NCBI RefSeq assembly: GCF_006345805.1
Contig: NC_043012.1
Location: 7,626,001 to 7,690,000 of the forward strand
Reading direction: 5' to 3'
Origin: Octopus sinensis
Lineage: Eukaryota
Length of the DNA stretch: 64,000 bases
Shown here: one piece after another, positions 51,881 through 64,000 of the stretch
How positions within the stretch are numbered: the first letter of the stretch is position 1
How the letters are laid out: every line of letters begins with the position of its first letter
Translations under genes and position numbers: made by a program
Notes under the pieces: model-generated
Databases searched by the model: none
Seen by the model: the letters and a program-made list of their open reading frames with translations, nothing else
Told to the model about the DNA's origin: nothing

Positions 51881-53724
51881 ACATGTATATCTTTTTACAT
51901 ATTTCTGTCTTTCTATTTGTGAACATATGTAAATTAAAGTGTATTTGTTACTATTTACCTCTCTATATAATATTAACACCATCATCATTGTTTCAGCATC
52001 TTTTCCATGCTTACATGGAAATGATTCGTTAAGGCACATATTCTACAGCAGTATGTTCTCCTGTCACCAGATCTCCCCCATTTCTAAGCAAGGTGATATT
52101 TTCCCTAGTTTAGATATGTTTCCACAGGAGATTTCAAATTACAAACAGCACTTGTGAAAGTATTACTTCGGTGGATAAAAGAATATGATACACATGGCCG
52201 TGTGGTCAAGAAGCTTGCTTTGCAACCATGAAGTTTTGGGATCATTTCCAAATGTGGTACTTTGGGCAAGTGTCCTTGTGAGTGGATTTGGTAGGTGGAA
52301 ACTGAAAGAAGCCTGTTTTGTGTGTGTGTTTATATAAATATATATATATCACAGGCATGTGTGTACATGTGTATCTTTGTGGTTCAACAAGAGTCTGATA
52401 GAATAAGTACTGAGCTTTAAAATAAAAAAAGTACTGGGGTTAATTCATTTGACTAAAAATTCTTCAAGGTGGTGCTCCAGCATGGCCACAGTTTAATGAT
52501 CGAAACAAGTAAAAGAATATATATGTGTTTGTGTGTGTGCACCCCTGTTTTGACACCACATGTTGGGATAGTTGTAAATAAACATCGTCATACAAGCAAT
52601 GTCGGTCATTTCCAGTCTCCTGTCAAACATGTCTGACCATGGGGAAATATTACCTTACTTGGAAACATGTGGCTGACAACAAGAAAGGCGTCCAGCTGTA
52701 GAAAATCTATCCCAACAAATCTTGTTTGACCCTTGTAAGCATGGAAAAGTGGATGTTTAAAAAAGTAATCTTTTACATGTAAATTTAGTACATTTATTTC
52801 AGTGTGTGTGTCTGTGTGTTTGTGTGCGCATTTCAGTGCAGTGACTGACAGACACGCCAGTCCTAAAACAGTAGCTGTTTAGGAAATGTACACCAAGTGT
52901 ATATGTTGCCACCCCTATATATATTCATTGTACAAACTTACTCTGCTGTGTTAACTCTTGATAGCCACACCCAAACAAACATGTCTGTACAATTCTTCTA
53001 ATGCTTCTCATTAGAGTCTCAAATGTCTCTGTTAAATATTGAAATTTATATACACATGTTTATTTATTACGTATAATCGTTTCCTTAAAAGAAGCCATGT
53101 AGCCTCTCTGTATGGTTTGACCCCATGATATAGACTGTGTAGAAGTATCTGGAAGATTTAGAAACTTGAGATATGCGTTAGGATTCCAGACATGAGAAAG
53201 CCATACCAGCAGAGAGAATAACCGTATTTACTTGTGTATAATGCAAGAAATTTAATACAAAGCATCAGTGTCTAAAAGGAAGAGGTAGCATTATACTTGG
53301 GCTTAGAAAAAGAAAAATCAAGGATAAAATATGTTAATGACTTTAGGTGCAAAATATGACTGTGGTGTTGCTGCTTGTATTCACCATCATCATCATCATC
53401 ATCATTATTTTACATTTGCTTTTTTCTTACTGGCAAAGGTTGGGTGGGTCACCACAGTTTGAGACATTTATTATTGGAAGCTATTGCTCTTAAAACCCTG
53501 GTAATTTTATCATATTTTTCTAAGATGGCAAAATCGTTAGCATGCTGGGCAAAATGCTTAGTGGTATTTCATCTGTCTTCGTGTTCTGAGTTCAAATTCT
53601 GCTAGGGTCAGCTTTACCTTTCATCCATTTGGGGGCTAATAAAATAAGTATCAGTTGAGTCTTGGGGTCAGTGTAATCAACTTAACCCATTCCTCAAAAC
53701 TGCTGGCCTTGTGCCAAAATTTGA

Positions 53725-53896
53725 AACAAAAGACGAAGACAGGTGAGAGAACAACAAGCAGGTGTATTAGTTTAACACTCAGGAAGAATGGAAAAGTCTT
53801 TGACATTTCAAGCCTATGCTCTTTGACAGAAAGGATTGAGAAGGAAAAAAATGGAGAGAGAATGAGAAAAAATGTATAAGGATTAACAGTTCAACA

Positions 53897-53898
<2 letters not shown>
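53725..53898 (-). mobile_element. Family H1 hammerhead-like unit
   Basis: Minus strand CTTT-CTGTCAA-A-GAGC-ATAG-GCTT-GAAATGT-C-AAAG; close to the copy at 47110-47320; adjacent to (TA)n. Confidence 0.6.
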
Positions 53899-53928
<30 letters not shown>

Positions 53929-55024
53929 CAGGTTTCTTTCAGTTTCTATCTACACAATCCACTCACAAGGCTTTGGTTGGCCCAAGGCTATAGTAGAAGA
54001 CACTTGCCCAAGATGCCATTCAGTGGGACTGAACCTGGAACCATGTGGTTGAGAAGCAAACATCTTGTCACACCTGCACCTATATCTGTCTTTTTTTTTT
54101 TTTAAGATGGGTGTTATTTGGGGGAATTTGGTTGCCATTTCTAATGTCTTGAGTGACCACTTATCAGCTCATACCAGTAACCTACTGAAATGTAGATTAA
54201 TTAACCCCATTCCTGTCTCTTCTCTCCAAAATTTTGCTTTGTGTCTTTACGCTAGCAATCAATATTATTAATAATTTCGTTAATATTCATCATGAATTAA
54301 TTAATTTTTCACCATTGAGAGAAAAAGAAACAAAAACAAAATATCGCAACATGGTTAGTTAATGATTTCTTTAATAATAATAATAATAATAATGAGCAGA
54401 AAAATTATTTTAATAAAATAAAAATTTGAGAGGAAATTGATATTCAATTTCAAACTTTAAACCAGATAAAATAATCTATATTTTTGTAAAAACCTTTATA
54501 AATTTGAAATAATCTTGATGATAGAATTGCTTTAACGACTTAATCAAGTTGATGAATAATGTGGAGCTCTGTTTTAGAGGTGTTTTGATGCCAATGTTGT
54601 TGTTTTTAATAATTATGGGTGAACTCATGATGGAATGATTTTGTAAGTTTGGACATTCCATAGAATGCTGTAGCATGTAAACAACAGCCAAATCTCTGTA
54701 CTGTCTTTTAATAAAGGAAGGACACATGGGATAATATAGTCCTAGATAACCCTATCATCATTATTGTTCCACATCTACCTCTCCATGCTGGCATGGTTTG
54801 GATGGGTTTTTTCTGAGGCAGTGTTTGATGGCCAGATTCCCTTCCAGCCACCAATCCTTTTAGTTGCCTCATCAGGGCTAGCTTGTTCTAAAACTGGGAT
54901 GTATTGCAAAAAGTTGGCATGGTCTCTGTTAGAATGCATTTGATTGTGAGTCTGCTGGACCAGGACTGGTCTGGGTAAGGGACTAAAACAACAACAACCC
55001 CTACAATATGTACATTAGCATTAA

Positions 55025-55221
55025 CCCTTTAGCATTTAAACTGGCCGTATCTGGCCCAAATATTTTACCTGTTTTATATGGAAACCAGCTAGATCTGGCC
55101 TCTTACATCTGATCTACAATGTCATTCTAAAAACAAACGATCACATCATTGAAATCTCAAAGCTATGAGATACTGTGAATAGATAAGCATTACATTTGAT
55201 AGTAATCTGAATGCTAAGGGG
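55025..55221. mobile_element. piggyBac-type MITE with TTAA TSD
   Basis: TTAA|CCCTTTAGCATT ... AATGCTAAGGGG|TTAA. Confidence 0.85.
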
Positions 55222-55999
55222 TTAAAAGAAATGTTAACAAGGGATTTCAACTGTGTAGCTGTCAATTGCAGCTGCTGACCCATGCGTTGAGACTACTTGG
55301 GTAGCCACTTTCTTTCTCCCATGCATTCAGCAACCTCTCATACGAACAATAACATATCTATCCTCAGAATCACTGAGGGCCAGTACACTATTCACCAACA
55401 TCTTTAGTCACTCTAATACATTGCTTAGTAATCTAAAATACTTCTTCACATTACAGAACAATGGAAAACCTCTCGCTTTCAGTTTCTTTCTTTGCTGAGT
55501 ATGCCTGATGTACAGCTTACTTTTTGCTACCTAATATTGTTTCTTTATCAACCCCCATTTCTTCAATTTTCTCCAGGGTTGTCTCTGAGGTTTTCTATCT
55601 CTATCTACACTACCATTTTACCACCATTGCTGGAACCTTGCTATGGTAACTCCTATTTGTTTTCCAGATTATGTTTCTGTCTGCTCCTCATCATTATCAG
55701 TATCATGATTGTTCCTAATATAGGCACAAGGTCTGAAATTTGATGGAAGGTGACCCCAATACTTGACTGTTGCTTTGTTTTATCAAGCCCAAAAGGAGGC
55801 AACCGCTGTAGTTTTAGTGCTAAGGAAAAAAAAAATAGTAGCCAGCACACTTTGTAAAGCGGTTGGTGTTAGAAAAGGCATCCAGCCATAGAAACCATAC
55901 CAAAGCTGACATTGGAGCGAGTAGCAGTCCTCCAACCCAGTGGATCCTGTTGAACCATCCAATCAGCATAAGATGATGATGATGATAATTACAATATTT

Positions 56000-56398
56000 A
56001 ACTTTACTCTTTTACTTGTTTCAGTCATTTGACTGCGGCCATGCTGGAGCACCGCCTTTAGTTGAGCAAATCGACCCCGGGACTTATTCTTTGTAAGCCC
56101 AGTACTTATTCTATCGGTCTCTTTTGCCGAACCGCTAAGTGACGGGGACGTAAACACACCAGCGTCGGTTGTCAAGCAATGCTAGGGGGACAAACATATA
56201 CTCTCACACTTATATATATATATATACATATATACGACAGGCTTCTTTCAGTTTCCGTCTACCAAATCCACTCACAAGGCATTGGTCGGCCCGGGGCTAT
56301 AGCAGAAGATACTTGCCCAAGATGCCACGCAGTGGGACTGAACCCGGAACCATGTGGTTGGTAAGCAAGCTACTTACCACACAGCCACTCCTGCGCCT
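56000..56398 (-). mobile_element. SINE family A, young full-length copy
   Basis: CpGs retained; colinear with the consensus. Confidence 0.92.
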
Positions 56399-56979
56399 TG
56401 ATTGTCTTTTATTTCTACCACTCTGAAAGAATAGAAAGAAAAAAAATTCTGATCTGCAAACTGCTTTTTATACTTTTTAAAATTAAAATTGATATTTCAT
56501 CTTTTACATGTATAAAAATCTGTAATTTTTCACAACTTGCAACCTTGCACAAATCTTGAAATTCATATATTGATTCTAAATTAGAATAATTTTGAGTTCA
56601 CTGTTTTGAATTGCTTGTGTATTTCCAATACTTATGCTATAATCTAGTTTCTCACGAGAGAGGAAAATTTACTGAAGTTCTTCTTTCTATTGCAACGAAA
56701 CTCTTCTGTCGTCTTCAGTGCACTAAAAGTACTTTAGTACAAACAGTACTTAGATAAAAGCCATTTATCAGGATCTTCTTTCAACAACAGTGCAGTACAT
56801 TTGAGCTGGGTTCGACAGCTACGGCTTTTCCTAACTAATCACTTTATCTCTCCCACTTGTTTCAACTGGTGTATTTTAGTAATGGAGTTGATAACCTTAG
56901 TAACTAGATTCAGGACTGTTGTTGGGCAACACTCTTCTGACTTCTCTCTCTCTCTCTCTCTCTCTCTCGTGTATATATA

Positions 56980-57012
<33 letters not shown>

Positions 57013-57110
57013 GTATGTATATATATGTAGATGTGTATATATATATAAATATACATACATATGTATATGTATATATATACACACACCCATATATATATAT
57101 ATACATACAT

Positions 57111-57362
57111 ATCATCATCATCATCATTTAGCGTCTACTTTCCATGCTAGCATGGGTTGGACGGTACAAATGGGGTCTGCGAAGCCAGAAGGCTGCACCA
57201 GGCCCAGTCTGATCTGGCAATGTTTCTACGGCTGGATGCCCTTCCTAACGCCAACCACTCCGTGAGTGTAGTGGGTGCTTTTTACGTGCCACCGGCACAG
57301 GTGCCAAACAGGGATGGCAAACGGCCACGGTCAGATGGTGCTTTTTACGTGCCACCAGCACG
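57111..57362 (-). mobile_element. Family C element
   Basis: Close match to 13661-13900. Confidence 0.85.
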
Positions 57363-57451
57363 GATATACATATATAATATATATATATATATATATACAC
57401 ACACATATATCATCATCATCATCATCGTTTAACGTCCACTTTCCATGCTAG

Positions 57452-58025
57452 CAGGTGTGGCTGTATGGTAAGTAACTTGCTTACCAACTGCATGGTTCCA
57501 GTTTCAGTCCCACTGCATGACACCTTGGCCAAGTGTCTTCTACTATAACCTCAGGCCAACCAAAGCCTTGTGAGTGGATTTGGCAGACAGAAACTGAAAG
57601 AAGCCCATTGTATATATGTGTGTGTGTGTATTTGTGTCTGTGTTTGTCCCCCACCATCGCTTGACAACCAATGTTGGTGTGTTTACGTCCCTGTAACTTA
57701 GCGGTTCAGCAAAAGAGACGATAGAATAAGTACTAGGCTTATAAAGAATAAGTCCTGGGGTCAGTTTGCTTGTCTAAAGGTGGTGCCCCAGCATGCATGG
57801 CCACAGTCAAATGTCTAAAGCAAATAAAAGATTATATATATGTATAGGCGCAGGAGTGGCTGTGTGGTAAGTAGCTTGTTTACCAACCACATGGTTCCGG
57901 GTTCAGTCCCACTGTGTGGCACCTTGGGCTAGTGTCTTCTACTATAGTCTCGGGCCGACCAAAACCTTGTGAGTGGATTTGGTAGACGGAAACTGAAAGA
58001 AGCCCGTCGTATATATGTATATGTA

Positions 58026-58073
<48 letters not shown>

Positions 58074-58285
58074 TGTTTGTGTGTCTGTGTTTGTCCCCCT
58101 AGCATTGCTTGACAACCGATGCTGGTGTGTTTATGTCCCCGTTACTTAGCAGTTCGGCAAAAGAGACCGATAGAATAAGTATTGGGCTTACAAAAGAATA
58201 AGTCCCGGGGTCGAGTTGCTCGATTAAAGGCGGTGCTCCAGCATGGCCGCAGTCAAATGACTGAAACAAGTAAAAGAGTAAAAGA
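57452..58285 (+). mobile_element. Two tandem SINE family A copies (57452-57830 and 57846-58285)
   Basis: Both colinear with the consensus. Confidence 0.9.
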
Positions 58286-60624
58286 ATATATATATAAATA
58301 AAAGAGAGACAAATGTATGTTCCTCTTACAACTCTATTCATAGAGTTTCTGTATGTCTCTGACTGTACAATATCTTGCAGCACACACACAATTCTCACTC
58401 AATGTCTGTTCATAATACCAAAAGTAACCAAGGCTGCTAAAAGCTCATTAGCAACTAATTACTCTTGTTACTTGAGATGCAAAAAGTGCAGTGAAGTGAA
58501 GTAAATAAGCTTACAACATCAGTTGACTTTGAGTTAGTATAATTTAACATTGATCATGTTTCATTTGGCAAGACATCCTACCCATGACTGTTCCATCTTT
58601 TTCTTTTTTTTTTTTTACCAGACATAATATTTCTAGAACTACTTTATCCAATGTGTTCAATTTTTAAATAGTAGGATGCAATTTCGAAGCTGTTTCGCTG
58701 CTATTTCTAGCAAGTGACAACATAGATCAATGGTTTCTAACCATTTCACTACCAAGGGCCCTGTATCTCCTCAAAGCACTTTTTTTGTCTCTCTTTCCTA
58801 CATAAGTCTTTCTACCCTTGTGCAAAGTTAGTCCCCTCGATACAGTATGCCACCCACCCAGTCCAGGAAGGGGTCTTGTGAGTTACTTGGTGACCCCACT
58901 CATAGTGGTGGTGCCATGAAAAAAAGCAACCTAGGCATTAGGGAGGGCATCGAGTTATAGAAATCTTGCCAAAGTAGACAATGGATACCGGCATAGCCCT
59001 CAGGTTAGTTGGATCTTGTCAAACTGTCCAACCCATGCCAGCATGGAACACAGATGTTAAATGATTATGATGATAATGCCTCCCACTGAAATTAATTTTC
59101 CTGATAGACCAACTCCAACAAGGTCTTGAAAGATTTGTCTATTCAACAAATTTTGAATTCAGCTTACAGCCCCCTGTCTTTGTGCACACCCTAGAGATCT
59201 GTGGGTTCCAGGTTAGGAATCAGGGCACAGAGGCTCCCAAATTGCTTCAGTTACATACTACTATTGTGACAAGAAACTTGTAACTCCATTCCCTTTTATT
59301 TATAACTAGCTTAAAAGCCACACTCCACACTTTTTAAGCTAGCTCCTGTAGAGGGTTGATTGGGCCTGCAGCCCCAAACTAAAGAGAGCAATAATAATAT
59401 AGTGTTCATTGGTGTCCTACCAATATGGTATCACTTTAAATTCGGTTTAAATGAAAAACTTGTAAGTTCACAAATTTTTGGAGTTCTTTTAAAATTTGAA
59501 TTTTCAACTGTTAAGATTTCAAAAGTTTGTATATTTTTAGAATGACATTGTAGGGTAGGTATGAGATTTTGGATCTGGTGAGTGTTAGCCTGAAACAGGC
59601 TAACATCCAGTTGTAGAAATCTTGCCAAAGCATTATATATATATATATAATTGAAAAACTTGGAGTCAACAAGAAGGGGTTACAGGGACAATATTTACAT
59701 ATCGCCTGAGGAAACACAACTAGACCTCATAATGCAGGGAAACAGTTGTATAATCAAGTATCCAGCTGTACCCCTTCTTGTTGATTCCAATGTTTTCAAT
59801 TATATATTCGCACACAACAGCTGCCCAAATGCAAACCTGAAAGTACGTGTAATACTACTACTGGGGAGCACAGGGTAAATCTAAAAGTGGACAAGCTTTA
59901 TACTGTACTCTACTATGTTCTTAACAGAACATATATATATATGCATGCAAGGCTTCTTTTGGTTTCCATCTACCAAATCCACTTTGTGAGACTTTATTCA
60001 CCCAAGATGCTGCAGGGTGGAACTGAACCCAAAACCACATGGTTGGGAAGTAAGCTTCTCAATCACACCAGCACCTAGGTCTGCATAAGTAAAAGATGGA
60101 ATGGTTATAGAAGGAACGTTTGCGATCATAGGTCTGCTGGATCGAGGTTGACCTGGGGTTAAACAGCTATAGCAACCAGCCTGTGATTTACTGGCTGAAC
60201 AAGGAATCTCTACCCAGTCACTCATTCTGCTGAATACAAAAATCAAATCACTCTTGAATCACACCTTCCCATCTTAATTACAGTAGTTTCCTGGTATCCA
60301 TAGAAAGGTGTGATGGTCATGGTGGAAAGATGTTTGATGATGCCTGTTATATTAGGACTTGGCTACAGTTAAACAACAACAGTGGCCTCCTAATAGACAG
60401 CTTAAAGCTTTTTAAAACGATGGGAAATAACATGGAAATCATGCTTGAAATTCTATAGCATTAGAGCCTGTCTGTCTGTGTGTCTATATGTGTACAAGAC
60501 TGATTTAATAATGATATGATACTAATTAAAATGAAGAATTACACAGATTTGGAATGTTTGAGTAATTAATCAGCAGTTATCAAGCAAGTTTGGTTATTTA
60601 TTCATATCTACACACACACACACA

Positions 60625-60663
<39 letters not shown>

Positions 60664-61167
60664 ATATACAAAACAGTTCTAAATTTCTTAGAGCCATGTT
60701 CATCATTGCTTTGATTATTATCAGCAGAGTAGTTAACATCATCATCATCACTTTTATTATCATCATTAACTCTGCAGTGCTTATTTTTGTGTTGTTTCAT
60801 TCAGGAACATTTTCACAAAAAAATATATAAATCATCATCATCAAACATCCGTATTCTATGCTGGCGTGGGCTGGACAGTTTGACAGGATCCAATGTGTCC
60901 AAGGACTGCACTGTGCTCCAATGCCTGTTTTGGTCTCCTGTTTATGGTTAGATGCCCTTCCTAACATCAACTACTTTACAGCATGGACTGGGTGCTTTTT
61001 TTTCATACCACCTAACTATTGAGGTTGCGATATAGTTCGCAGAACTACAAATCCTGTTGGGTGGGGTCAGTTTCATGCCAGTGGACAAGGGAATGATCTA
61101 TGAGGAGGTGTGGTAGTATAGGTTTTTGTAGAGGACCTGTGTGGTTACTAATATCCAGTAGGGGGAA

Positions 61168-61505
61168 AGGGTAAAGATCCCTGTTGGTCATGAATGATCA
61201 TGAGATTGCATCTAGAAAGTTCCCCTCCAAGGCACAAGTCCAGGCAAATTTGTTTATGAAAGACCGGCAGTCACCCATGCATACCAGCCTCCCCTCTCCA
61301 TACCACCAATGTTGCCCAAGGGAAGGCAAAGGCTGATACAGCTTGGTACTAGTGATGTCACAACTCATTTCAACAGTTCAGTGAACTGGAGTAATGTGAA
61401 ATAAAGTGTCTTGCTCAAGAACACAACACCCAGCCTGTTCCATAAATCGAACTCACTACCTCATGATTGTGAGCCCGACATTCTCACCACTGAACCATGT
61501 ACCTT
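61168..61505 (-). mobile_element. tRNA-derived SINE with a V-family-like head and a different tail
   Basis: Minus-strand head CATGGTTCAGTGGTGAG...GAGTTCGATT...GTGTTCTTGAGCAAGACAC shared with 4160-4384 and 33260-33486. Confidence 0.65.
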
Positions 61506-61923
61506 CACACAGAGGAAGGAGAGGGAAAGAGAAAATAAAAAGTAGGCGTTACAAGAGATAGATCAAGGTGATGAAGCGCTAAGATGACCCCATGAGGCCC
61601 AATGCAAGATTGTAGGCAAAGTGAAATGGGGGCGGAGAAAGCAGACTGCAAGAATGGATATGGTTGAAGGGTGGGTGAGCAGGGAGCCATGTATTGGGAA
61701 AGATAAGAGGGATTCAGAAGAGTGTGTGGTTGGGGGGGGGGGAGAACAGCAGGGCTAGTAAAGATGATACAGCTGTCAGCTGAGTGAGGAATGACGCAGC
61801 TCGAAGTCTGCAGGAGCCAGTAATTTGTTTCATGCATCAGCTTGATAATGGCAGTTATTTTATTAAATTCTTTGTTGGTTTTGAGAGGCAATGGATTTCA
61901 ACAGAAATATGGTGGCAAATGTG

Positions 61924-62185
61924 TTAACCCTTTAGCATTCAGATTATTCTGTTAAACGAAGTGCTTATTTATTCCACATTGTTTTTAATTAATTAGGCAT
62001 TATCTTGTGACTTTGAGATTTTAATGGTGTGATTGTCCTTTTTTTCTTTTCTTTTTCTTTTTTTTTTTTTTCTCTGTAGAATCACATTGTAGAGGAGGTG
62101 TGAGTTGTCAGACCTGATTGATTTGAACTATAAAACAGGTGGAATATTTGGGCGTGATATGACTAGTTTATATGCTAAAGGGTAA
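61924..62185. mobile_element. piggyBac-type MITE
   Basis: TTAACCCTTTAGCATT ... TATGCTAAAGGGT. Confidence 0.75.
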
Positions 62186-62737
62186 AGATCCCTGTTGGTC
62201 ATGAATGACCATGAGATTGCATCTAGAAAGTTCCCCTCCAAGGCACAAGTCCAGGCAAATTTGTTTATGAAAGACCGGCAGTCACCCATGCATACCAGCA
62301 TCCCTAATTTAAAGAAATTCAGCTTGTTATATCTAACAGGTTGAATACCTACACAGTGGCTTTCCTTTGATACTGTTGTTGCATATTCTCATATCAATTG
62401 AAATTAAACAAAATTATGATGAAACGTAGTCCACCAAGATCAGCCTTGCCTTTTATCCTTTCGGGGTCACTAAAATAAGAACCAGTTGAGCACCAGGGTC
62501 AATGTAATTGACTGGATCCCTCCCCCAAAAGTTCACACCTTTTGCCTTATCCCCTCCCTTACCTCTTCCTCCTTTTATGTCTATATGATTCTTACCCTCT
62601 CGCTGTCATTCCTTTACTCATTGCTTGCTACCAAGTCTAGTATGAAGGTGTGCGGAAAAGTTCCTAGCTTTTGAGTACAAGAAAATACAGGAGGATCAGT
62701 TAATTATGATTTTATTCGACATATTTTTATTCAACAT

Positions 62738-63145
62738 AGGCGCAGGAGTGGCTGTGTGGTAAGTAGCTTGCTAACCAACCACATGGTTCCGGGTTCAGTC
62801 CCACTGTGTGGCATCTTGGGCAAGTGTCTTCTGCTATAGCCTCGGGCCGACCAATGCCTTGTGAGTGGATTTGGTAGACAGAAACAGAAAGAAGCCTATC
62901 GTATATACGTATATCTATATAAGTGTGTGTGTATATGTTTGTGTGTCTGTGTTTGTCCCCCTAGCATTGCTTGACAACCGATGCTGGTGTGTTTATGTCC
63001 CCGTCACTTAGCGGTTCGGCAAAAGAGACCGATAGAATAAGTACTGGGCTTACAAAGAATAAGTCCTGGGGTCGATTTGCTCGACTAAAGGCGGTGCTCC
63101 AGCATGGCCGCAGTCAAATGACTGAAACAAGTAAGAGTAGAAGAG
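62738..63145 (+). mobile_element. SINE family A, full-length
   Basis: Colinear with the consensus. Confidence 0.92.
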
Positions 63146-64000
63146 TATATTCCCCTCTCAGATTCACACACTTGTTGCAGTGGTCCTTCAACGGTCTAAG
63201 ACTTGTAAAAGAACTTGGAAGGTTGTGCCACCAACCAGGCCTTTCGCAATACCCTTAAGGCCAGGAACTTTTCAGGACCCCTTCATATATGTGCACTCAT
63301 TCCATACCTCTTATGTCAACTCTCTTTGTATCTCTCTGTCTCTTTTCCCCCCTTCTCTCTATCATATAAAGCATGACTGGCAAAACCAACCAACCAACCA
63401 ACAGCTATATCAGCTGTTATTACATTAAAGATAACAATACTGTCATGTCTGCTTATGAAGCTTTAGCCATGGTTGTTACTACCGCAGCCACCACCACCAC
63501 TAAACCAACAGACTTATTTCTAGGCATTGCAATGTGTCTGTCTGTGCATCAGCCTCAAAGACTCTTTTAATGAAATATTTCCCAACCAGAGATCATTGCA
63601 TACACACCTCACCTCTCCCCAGGACCCACTTCATTCCGCAATTCAGCCTTATTTCTCTGAAGAAAAAATAATAATAAAAAAAAAAGGAAAAGAATAGAAA
63701 AATGCATAATAAATGATAAAAAAAAGACCATAACTATGTTAGTAGCCTCAATTGATTGAGCCTAGAGTCAAGTCTGTTCACATCATTTTCCGCTCTATTT
63801 CATTAAGATAAAGCTCCCTCCCCCCTTTTTTCACAGTTCAGCACCGCCAATACCATCCACCCACCTTCCTATTGTTTGGGTGAGAAAGTTACCATTGATA
63901 TTCTCTTGGCACTTCTCTGGTGTTTTAACATCACAGTTATTTACATAAACTTTGGGGCAGGTTTTCTTCTTTCCTTTTTTCGCCTTTTAAACATTACAAT

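Noticed and set aside
56690-56835. Unique stretch with a minus-strand open frame (KSRSCRTQLKCTALLLKEDPDKWLLS)
   Set aside because: No recognisable homology and weak splice signals
62971-63258. Recurrent ORFs such as MTTDAGVF... and LFQSFDCGHAGAPP...
   Set aside because: Recurrence reflects SINE A copy number; frames are not conserved between copies

Overview
AT-rich, microsatellite-dense eukaryotic (animal) non-coding DNA. The repeat content suggests a cephalopod, probably Octopus (inference). No intact protein-coding gene can be supported: almost all listed ORFs are translations of SINEs or microsatellites. The window holds more than 20 copies of a bipartite tRNA/CORE-type SINE (family A), several other SINE-like families (B-E and a V-domain type), and decayed LINE fragments (CR1/L2-like, RTE). 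DNA transposon remains include a full-length but dead Tc1 element, a Chapaev3-like transposase fossil, a hAT fossil, and hAT, pogo/Tc2 and piggyBac-type MITEs. There is also a near-perfect 686-bp tandem duplication and a possible promoter/first exon near 36.8-37.0 kb. The most unusual signal is a set of at least four short (170-300 bp) non-coding element types. Each carries a minimal type-I hammerhead-ribozyme-like motif, lies in a (TA)n/(CA)n tract or inside a SINE, and two have inverted ends. They look like non-autonomous Penelope-like/retrozyme-like mobile RNAs; one also carries a tRNA-like B-box. Coordinates were read by eye, and the boundaries of degenerate repeats are approximate.
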